Source: Candidatus Omnitrophota bacterium
GTDB taxonomy: Bacteria; Omnitrophota; Gorgyraeia; Zapsychrales; Fredricksoniimonadaceae
DNA: 64,000 nucleotides
Direction of reading: 5' to 3'
Assembly: GCA_044225175.1 (NCBI GenBank)
Contig: JBGAJA010000004.1
Span: 17,631-81,630, forward strand
Part shown: one piece after another, positions 57,051 through 64,000 of the stretch
Layout: each line of letters opens with the position of its first letter
Numbering within the stretch: position 1 is the stretch's first letter
Position numbers and translations under genes: made by a program
Notes under the pieces: model-generated
What the model was told of the DNA's origin: nothing
Database searches by the model: none
What the model saw: the letters and a program-made list of their open reading frames with translations, nothing else

Positions 57051-58434
57051 TCTGATTGTCATTGGTTCTGGCGGAGCAACCAAGATCTCCTCTCCTGCGG
57101 CATCCATGGGTTATAAAGTGGCTGTCATTGAAAAAGATCGTCTTGGAGGAACATGTTTGAATCGCGGATGCATCCCTTCCAAAATGCTCATTCACCCTGC
57201 TGATGTGGCGATCGAAATCAAGGAAGCTAGACGTTTCGATATTCATAATGACCCCAAATTCAAAGTTGATTTTGCTAAATTGGTTGCCCGTATTTCTCAA
57301 ACCGTTGATGCCGACTCAGATAAAATTGCTGAAAGTTATAACAAGCATCCCAACATCACCTACATTAAAGGTGAAGCCAAATTCGTAGAGAACAAAGTCA
57401 TTGAAGTCAATGGCGAACAAATAACAGCAGATAAGATTATTATTGGAGTTGGCGCCAGACCTGATGTTCCACATATTCCAGGACTAGCTGGAACGCCTTT
57501 TATGACTTCCACCGAAGCGCTTCGAAATACTACGCAACCAGAATCTATGATTATCGTTGGCGGCGGATATATTGCCTGCGAATTAGGTCATGCGTATAGC
57601 GCGCTCGGCACCAAAACACATTTTCTTGTTCGTTCCACATTCCTGCGTCATGAAGATGCTGAAATTAGTGAAGAATTTCATAGAGTCTTTAGCAAATACC
57701 ATGATGTTCATCTTCATGCCGTCCCTACAAAAGTCGAATATCAGAACAATCGATTTACTGTGCATTATACCCAAAATGGGCAGGCTTTAAGTGTGTCTGC
57801 AGAAAGCCTCCTCATAGCCACAGGGATTGCTTCCAACACAGATACATTAGACTTACTCAATACAGACATTGAATTTAAAGTAGGTGGTGCTGGTCTCATT
57901 AATGTGAATGACCATTTAGAAACAGCTGTACCTGGTGTCTATGCCTTAGGTGACTGTGTCGGAAACTTCTTTTTCCGTCATAGCGTCAACTTTGAAGGTG
58001 AATATCTTTTTGATCAGCTTTATGGTGGCAAGCCCAAAGCTCCTATCGTCTATCCTCCTGTTCCTCATGGAATCTTTACGTATCCTCAAATCGGCAGCGT
58101 TGGAAAACTTGAAAATCAATTGATTGCTGAAGGGGCGGATTATATCGTAGGAATAAATTCTTACAAAAGCTCAGCCATGGGCATGGCACTTTTATCCGAC
58201 CATGGATTTTGTAAACTTTTGTTTGATCGAAAGACAAAAAAACTTTTAGGCGGTCACATTATTGGGGATGAAGCATCCAACATGATTCATATGATTGTCG
58301 CCTACATGAATATGAATGCAACACTTGATGATTTATTGAGAACTATTTACATACACCCTGCTTTACCGGAAATCGTTAGAAATGCAGCACGCAAGGCAAA
58401 GACAGCTCTAGACAAAAACGTCACACGAGTATAA
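57037..58434 (+). CDS. lpdA: Dihydrolipoyl dehydrogenase-family pyridine nucleotide-disulfide oxidoreductase
   Basis: FDLIVIGSGGA FAD motif, redox-active GGTCLNRGCIPSK, and a C-terminal HIHPALPE. I chose the start MQKFDL at 57037. The track start 56995 would overlap dus by 56 nt. Confidence 0.8.
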   Translation: MQKFDLIVIGSGGATKISSPAASMGYKVAVIEKDRLGGTCLNRGCIPSKMLIHPADVAIEIKEARRFDIHNDPKFKVDFAKLVARISQTVDADSDKIAESYNKHPNITYIKGEAKFVENKVIEVNGEQITADKIIIGVGARPDVPHIPGLAGTPFMTSTEALRNTTQPESMIIVGGGYIACELGHAYSALGTKTHFLVRSTFLRHEDAEISEEFHRVFSKYHDVHLHAVPTKVEYQNNRFTVHYTQNGQALSVSAESLLIATGIASNTDTLDLLNTDIEFKVGGAGLINVNDHLETAVPGVYALGDCVGNFFFRHSVNFEGEYLFDQLYGGKPKAPIVYPPVPHGIFTYPQIGSVGKLENQLIAEGADYIVGINSYKSSAMGMALLSDHGFCKLLFDRKTKKLLGGHIIGDEASNMIHMIVAYMNMNATLDDLLRTIYIHPALPEIVRNAARKAKTALDKNVTRV

Positions 58435-58444
58435 GGTTTGTTAT

Positions 58445-59173
58445 ATGCGTAACTCAGAAGTTGCCATATCCATTCAAAACTTAAGCAAGTTCTACAAAAA
58501 CTTTCAAGCACTCAACGAAGTCTCCTTTGATGTTAAACGAGGAGACTTTTTTGCTTTCCTGGGACCTAATGGAGCTGGAAAAACAACCACCATCAACTGT
58601 CTAACTGGTCTTTCCAATTTCCAAAACGGTCAAATTAAAGTCTTTGGTTATGATGTCGTCTCAGATTACCTTCACTCTCGCAGGTTAATTGGTCTTTGCG
58701 CCCAAGAGTTTAACTTCGATCCTTTTCTAACAACCTTTCAGCTCTTAAGTTATCAAGCCCAATATTTTGGAATACCTCCCGAAGAATCCAGAAAACGAGC
58801 CACACAGATGTTGGAACGTTTTGGTTTATCTGATAAACGAAATGCCAAGCACCGTGCTTTATCTGGCGGAATGAAAAAACGTCTTCTTTTGTGTCGCGCA
58901 CTCATTCATGATCCAGAAATCCTCATTTTAGATGAACCCACAGCTGGCTGCGATTTAGAATTAAAGTTTCTCATCTGGGATTATCTAGCCCAACTTAATC
59001 GCGAAGGTAAAACAATTTTCTTAACGACCCATTACATGGAAGAAGCAGAGCGGCTTTGTAAATCAATCGGAATCATTAATCATGGACAGATTGTAAAGAT
59101 TGGAGATAAGAAACAGATCTTGCAGGATAAATCTTTAGAAGAGTTTTTCCTAGAAAGCACAGGTGGCGAATGA
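58445..59173 (+). CDS. ABC transporter ATP-binding protein
   Basis: GPNGAGKTT Walker A, LSGGMKKRL signature and ILILDEPT Walker B. Confidence 0.85.
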   Translation: MRNSEVAISIQNLSKFYKNFQALNEVSFDVKRGDFFAFLGPNGAGKTTTINCLTGLSNFQNGQIKVFGYDVVSDYLHSRRLIGLCAQEFNFDPFLTTFQLLSYQAQYFGIPPEESRKRATQMLERFGLSDKRNAKHRALSGGMKKRLLLCRALIHDPEILILDEPTAGCDLELKFLIWDYLAQLNREGKTIFLTTHYMEEAERLCKSIGIINHGQIVKIGDKKQILQDKSLEEFFLESTGGE

Positions 59174-59949
59174 TCCACCTAACAACCAACCCCATCGGCG
59201 TCTGGGCATTAGCTAAACGAGAAATCCACCGCTTTTTCTCTGTCGCTAATCAAACCATCTTTCCGCCTATTGTCTCATCTGCTTTGTTTATGTATATCTT
59301 TGGGGTTGCCATTGGATCACGCATTAACTTTGCCTCCACAGGTCTTTCTTACTTTGAATTCATAGTCCCAGGGCTTATGGCCATGCATTTAATTTCCAGC
59401 AGCTATGAAAACACATCGTCCTCACTCTTCATTGGTCGCTGGCATAATCATATTCAAGAAATTCTACTATCCCCTTTATCTTATATGGAAATGGTCTTAG
59501 GACTATTGGCAGGCGGGGTCGCTCGAGGAATTACAGTCTGTTTGGGAGTTTGGATCGTTTCTTTATTCTTTGCACCATCAGGCGTGGCTCATCCCCTAGG
59601 GCTTTTATATTTCATGATCACTATTTCAGTTATCTTCTCCTGTGCGGGTATGATGGGAGCTTTATGGGCGGAAGACTTTGGAATGCTCTCATTGTGGAAT
59701 ATTTATTTCATTGTTCCCTTAGCTCTTCTAGGCGGGGTCTTTCATCCTCTGGTAATGCTGCCGGGACCACTACAAATCATATCTCACTTTAATCCCCTAT
59801 ATTACTTAATCAGCGGCATTCGTTGGAGCATGACAAATACTGGTGACACACCAATGATCATGTGCGCTACAATTGCCTTTGTCCTAACCTTCCTATTCTT
59901 TATTGCGACAGTATATCTTTTCAAGATTGGCTATAAACTGCGGACTTAA
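59170..59949 (+). CDS. ABC-2 type transporter permease
   Basis: Six TM helices. It overlaps the ATPase stop (ATGA). Confidence 0.7.
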   Translation: MIHLTTNPIGVWALAKREIHRFFSVANQTIFPPIVSSALFMYIFGVAIGSRINFASTGLSYFEFIVPGLMAMHLISSSYENTSSSLFIGRWHNHIQEILLSPLSYMEMVLGLLAGGVARGITVCLGVWIVSLFFAPSGVAHPLGLLYFMITISVIFSCAGMMGALWAEDFGMLSLWNIYFIVPLALLGGVFHPLVMLPGPLQIISHFNPLYYLISGIRWSMTNTGDTPMIMCATIAFVLTFLFFIATVYLFKIGYKLRT

Positions 59950-62900
59950 CACCTAAAAATCCTTCAATATCTTTCATTGGAGTAATATTCATAATGATCG
60001 GATAAAAACCAGCGGCATTTTGCAACTGCTGCATCATGGCAGGTTCAATATGAAACTTAACTTCTTCTCCAGAATTCTTAATTTCAAGAGGTGTTTTATT
60101 GGCCGCAAAATCAATACCACCTGTGTTTGGGCTCATTGTTTTATCCCTAGCTGGATTATTTGTTGCTAAAAGTAATTTCTTGTCCCTAATACTCATTCCT
60201 CGGAGATGTACGACTCGGTCATTCTCAGGTAAAGAAGGGGCTGCTATTTGTACTCCGGCAGACAAGGCATCTGTTTTAAAATGATCACTTCCTCCCCTAT
60301 TACGGGGATCAAACGAATTGTCTTCAGAGTTATTATCCTCAGGTTCATCTAAACTGTCAGACCAGTTGGCATACATTTCTGAAAAGAATGACACAAGATC
60401 AGGGTTCGTTTTTACAGCTCTCTCCAAAACCTCATAATAAACATCCATTTCCTGTTGAGAAATCTTCTCCCATTGAAAGGACGTCACAGTATACTTTGTA
60501 CCTTTAATATTAATTCTGACGGCATCAATACCTGACTGAGAAGGAATAAAGATATTTATTCTTTCGGGCGTTTCTTCATGTTCTAAATGAGGAATTTGAT
60601 CAGCATTTAAAAATCCTTGTTGTCTATATGTGTAAATCTTGGCTTTAACTTCTTGCCAAAAATCGATAATCTCTGAAGAAACACCAGGTGTTTTGATCAC
60701 TCCTTCAATGAGAGGAAGCAGTTCGTCTACATCGACTTTATGAGAATACATTCTTACAGTAATTAAGCCATCTGCGCTTACACTAATCTCCCTATTATCT
60801 CTCAAGGGAACAAACAGCATCCTGCCATTTCTATATTCAATGAATCTTGGAGCTCTTTCTGGCAAAATATCTTCGCTATGTCTTTGCAGGAGAGCTCTTT
60901 CATAAAATGATTTTGGAGTTTGTGGACGGTCAGTACCATTAATTACTAATTCATCCTCCAAAGCTTTTTCAACAGCTTTCACATAATCTGCTAAATTAAA
61001 ATTCTTTTCTTTTATCAAATCAGATCGTTGAATAAAAATTTCACCAGACTCGAGCATGATTATTGTACTCTTTTCATTTAGAGGAATACGTAATTCAAGT
61101 AATTTGTCAAATTTAGTATGTATAGACGGCAAATCCAAATATGAGCCATACCCTCGTTTGACAGCCTCTGCATTAGAAGAATAAGCGGCCTTCCAAATCT
61201 CGAGAATATCGGGGACTAAATTGCTTACAGCTAAAACCACGTCATCAATTTCCTTCAATTCTGTTAAGCTTAGTTTAAGTCTATCTGAGGCAGACATGTA
61301 CCTTTGAACACTCTTACCCTTAAGAATGGTCTTATTCTTAGAGATTTCAAACTTATACCCATTAGGCAAAGCTATGTGAAAAGTTTCTTTTGTAAACATT
61401 TGTGGCATGTAATATGGATCTCTTCGAGTTTTTTCTTTAATTCGCACTCTATTTGCAAGCAATGCTTTCCAACACTCGTAAACTACTTGATCATTGGGCT
61501 GAACGTAAGAATCAAATTTCTTAGATAACGTTTGAAATTCCTCATCTGAAATAGGTTTATCGCCTAAACGAGTTTTGATTATTCCAATATCAGTTTGAAA
61601 AATATATTCATGCCATACAATATTTTTCATTTCATCAATTTTTGGTAGAAGCTGTGCATAACTCACTCCCATATCTCTTAAATACTGTCTTCTTTTCTTA
61701 AATGCCGTCCAAGCAGGACCAAGAGGCTTTACATTTTTTAATTTTGCCTTTTCAAAATCTTTGGAACCTTCTAAAGAAACAAATTGATCTATAATCTCAA
61801 AAACTCTTTGCAACTCTTCGTTCTCTTCTCTAATTTGGATCATAGACGATTGTCTTAGTACTTCCCCATTAGGATGAAATTGAAAATTAACCCGACTCCC
61901 ATCTGCTCTTTCAAATAAGAAACTGATATGACCTCGGCCATTTAAACTTGGAAGAGGTTTGTTAAAATTTGTCATAGCTGAATCTTCATCCTCTTTTTTA
62001 ATTGAAGGATCATCAAGATCTTTCCATAAAGTCTTAAAGGGGACCTGTTTTTCTTTAATCATGATATATTCCCCACCAGTTCCTCTAAACGGATTAGCAA
62101 ATTTGTAACCAGCATTTATAAACCAGCGAAAAAAAGGCGTATTTTCTAAAGAAACGCCTGTCACTAGTGCTTCGCGGCTTTCTTGATGAGCTAAAACCAA
62201 CTTTATTTTACTTCCTACAGGTATAAAACTCGTTAAATATTCGAGCATTGCATTAGCTATTCCAGATTTTCGTAATCCTACAGGAGCATTCTTAAAAAAA
62301 TTCTCAATCTGAATGTCTGAGTTCAGATGTAGAACTGAAGTCAGGTATGCATGCAAAAATTTGATCTGCACACGGTATTCATCTTTGGGTTCATGCAAGA
62401 TATACTGCAACATGGTTGCTAATAATGTTCCTTGTTGATAACGAAATCCTCTAATTTTATTTAATACAGCTTCGTAGTCTAACGTTACGATCCAATCGAG
62501 ATTAAAATTGTCATGGTCGTCTTTACGTAATCCTGTCATCAAGGCCACAGGATAACTGATCGATTGATCTCCTTGCGGCACCAATGTCACGTATAGCATT
62601 GTTGAAGGATTTTGTGATGATGAAATCATGTCTTTTCTAGCAATCAATTCAAATTTCTGCCGTGGATTAGCCGATGTTGTGAAAAAGATAGGCCTCGTCC
62701 CTGCCTTTACTTCTAACTCATTTAGATTTAATGACCCTGGACTCATCGCCGCATCCCGAAATATCTCTTCATTAAACAAACTGTCCGTATCATCAACGAT
62801 CATCAAATGATTAATGGTCTCATCCATTCTCAGAGGCAGACCATGTGAGAATCTAAAATATCCCAAATTTAAAGTTTTTGCATCAGTAACCATCCCCTCC

Positions 62901-63880
62901 ATCACACCTTCGAGCCCTAAAAAAAGTCCTTGCCCATTATTAAAGCCAACTAGAAACATGATCAGAGGTGGTTCTTTTGTATCTGAGTGATAAATGACGA
63001 ACATTTTCCCTAAATCCTCTGCACTCATTTGATCAAAACCCTCAATTCTTCTCATTCTTCCGGTTCTTTGTAACGTATCTATCAAAGAGTGTTTGTCCTT
63101 ATTATATTTCTGAGTAAACTCAAACACATATTGACTCATACGTGCTTGCTGATATTTACCTATTAAATCTTGGGCCTTTTGAACATTAGGCTTTTTAAAA
63201 GAATTTTCTGTAGATGTTTCAACATAATCAAATTCTGATAATCTATGTTTCTTCTTGATTCTTTCTATCAATTCTTTAAATTCCGAATCTTGAAATCCAT
63301 CCCATCGCAAACATGTGTTGAGGACTAACCGAATTCTTGGCTTGTCAATTTCTTCACGATGAGAATTAGAAAAAAGCGCTTCATATTTGATACTAAAAAC
63401 ATTATCGGATTGATCCATAAATTCTAATAACGAACGTCGCATGGCAGGAGTACTGAGAATACTTTTGGCATCTTGGGGTCTAATCATAAAAAGATATGTG
63501 ACGATTTGACGCGCCATATGCCTAATATCAGGATCAGAAGAGTTAAATTGTTCCTTCATCCAATCTATAAAACCCGTTGATGAACCACCCCCGCTGTTTA
63601 AAGCATGTTGGACACTCTTGAATTGGGCCTCCCAATATAAAAAATCAACCATCCAGTGATTGTGATCTTTATCAAGCGTCGTCTCTTCATCTTTGATTTT
63701 CCAAAAAGAAATCAAATGAAACAAAGTCTCTAACAATGCTTGCGACCCAAGAGAAGGAAACCTCTGCCAAATCAATTCCCAGAATATCCAAAGATGAGGC
63801 AACTCTTGCCCATAAAAAGCTTGTTTAATAATTGACTGGATCCAAGGGAAATAGTCTTTTAATAAGACTCCTTCTTTCAA
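59921..63880 (-). CDS. Large hypothetical protein (1319 aa) with a central GNAT-like acetyltransferase motif
   Basis: No signal peptide or TM helix and no P-loop. The central region carries GLRKSGIANAMLEYL (GNAT motif A-like, Q/RxxGxG/A), coded around 62225-62290, and FRWFINAGYKF (GNAT motif B-like). It converges on the ABC permease with a 29-nt overlap. Confidence 0.55.
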   Translation of the reverse strand: MKEGVLLKDYFPWIQSIIKQAFYGQELPHLWIFWELIWQRFPSLGSQALLETLFHLISFWKIKDEETTLDKDHNHWMVDFLYWEAQFKSVQHALNSGGGSSTGFIDWMKEQFNSSDPDIRHMARQIVTYLFMIRPQDAKSILSTPAMRRSLLEFMDQSDNVFSIKYEALFSNSHREEIDKPRIRLVLNTCLRWDGFQDSEFKELIERIKKKHRLSEFDYVETSTENSFKKPNVQKAQDLIGKYQQARMSQYVFEFTQKYNKDKHSLIDTLQRTGRMRRIEGFDQMSAEDLGKMFVIYHSDTKEPPLIMFLVGFNNGQGLFLGLEGVMEGMVTDAKTLNLGYFRFSHGLPLRMDETINHLMIVDDTDSLFNEEIFRDAAMSPGSLNLNELEVKAGTRPIFFTTSANPRQKFELIARKDMISSSQNPSTMLYVTLVPQGDQSISYPVALMTGLRKDDHDNFNLDWIVTLDYEAVLNKIRGFRYQQGTLLATMLQYILHEPKDEYRVQIKFLHAYLTSVLHLNSDIQIENFFKNAPVGLRKSGIANAMLEYLTSFIPVGSKIKLVLAHQESREALVTGVSLENTPFFRWFINAGYKFANPFRGTGGEYIMIKEKQVPFKTLWKDLDDPSIKKEDEDSAMTNFNKPLPSLNGRGHISFLFERADGSRVNFQFHPNGEVLRQSSMIQIREENEELQRVFEIIDQFVSLEGSKDFEKAKLKNVKPLGPAWTAFKKRRQYLRDMGVSYAQLLPKIDEMKNIVWHEYIFQTDIGIIKTRLGDKPISDEEFQTLSKKFDSYVQPNDQVVYECWKALLANRVRIKEKTRRDPYYMPQMFTKETFHIALPNGYKFEISKNKTILKGKSVQRYMSASDRLKLSLTELKEIDDVVLAVSNLVPDILEIWKAAYSSNAEAVKRGYGSYLDLPSIHTKFDKLLELRIPLNEKSTIIMLESGEIFIQRSDLIKEKNFNLADYVKAVEKALEDELVINGTDRPQTPKSFYERALLQRHSEDILPERAPRFIEYRNGRMLFVPLRDNREISVSADGLITVRMYSHKVDVDELLPLIEGVIKTPGVSSEIIDFWQEVKAKIYTYRQQGFLNADQIPHLEHEETPERINIFIPSQSGIDAVRINIKGTKYTVTSFQWEKISQQEMDVYYEVLERAVKTNPDLVSFFSEMYANWSDSLDEPEDNNSEDNSFDPRNRGGSDHFKTDALSAGVQIAAPSLPENDRVVHLRGMSIRDKKLLLATNNPARDKTMSPNTGGIDFAANKTPLEIKNSGEEVKFHIEPAMMQQLQNAAGFYPIIMNITPMKDIEGFLGVKSAVYSQS

Positions 63881-64000
63881 ATTGGCATCAATACCATTTA
63901 AAACCTTATTAATTTCTGCAATTCCCTTCTCTTTTCCCTCTTTCCATAAATGAAAAGAAAGAAGAGTGTTGATATTAAATGTTTGTTTTATTCTCTTGGG

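Noticed and set aside
1-64000. Search for tRNA, rRNA and CRISPR arrays
   Set aside because: I found no tRNA cloverleaf or rRNA-like conserved stretch in any intergenic region larger than 80 nt. There is no array of regularly spaced direct repeats. The only tRNA-like element is the T-arm-like REP hairpin at 40424-40445, which lacks acceptor and anticodon arms.

Overview
This 64 kb window comes from an AT-rich, Gram-negative (diderm) bacterium of undetermined lineage. GC content looks like the mid-30s percent by eye; I did not compute it. About 90% of the window is coding, and the genes sit mostly on the minus strand in long co-directional operons. From start to end the window contains the following.

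- **1–8.7 kb:** a compact F-type-like (MPF_F) type IV secretion system cluster on the minus strand. In transcription order it encodes a VirB6/TraG_N-like membrane protein, a VirB2/TraA-like pilin, TraL, TraE, TraK and TraB, then a PIN-domain gene and a 58-aa ORF, then a TraV lipoprotein, TraC/VirB4, a lipoprotein and a secretin-N-domain gene that runs off the window edge. No relaxase or coupling protein is visible in the window.
- **8.9–20.5 kb:** a type IV pilus locus. The pilA prepilin gene is flanked on both sides by two paralogous genes for polytopic membrane proteins with C-terminal TPR repeats, resembling GT-C glycosyltransferases. Downstream lie a pilM-pilN fusion, pilO, pilP, pilQ, pilB and pilC.
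- **20.6–27.9 kb:** small membrane proteins, then exbD and exbB, an 819-aa TPR protein and uvrA, all co-directional and overlapping.
- **27.9–45.7 kb:** a small basic protein with an internal duplication, followed by a nadX-panC-folK-dapL unit. A 3-gene insert with a DinD-like protein comes next, then a long dapB-dapA-dapF-lysA-argH-argG-argF-argD-argB-argJ-argC super-operon sitting directly downstream of rplM-rpsI.
- **45.8–55.6 kb:** housekeeping genes: a YgjP-like hydrolase, prfC, recQ, mtaB, htpX, bolA, a DUF502 protein, a flavin reductase-like protein and a TrpD-like protein.
- **55.7–59.9 kb:** plus-strand genes for tiny membrane peptides, dus, an lpdA-like oxidoreductase and an ABC transporter.
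- **59.9–63.9 kb:** one 1319-aa protein with a central GNAT-like motif.

I saw no rRNA, tRNA or CRISPR array by eye. Several intergenic palindromes, terminators and promoter-like sites are listed. The most interesting loci are the T4SS island, with its embedded PIN gene and a conserved start-proximal motif, and the pilin flanked by glycosyltransferase-like genes.
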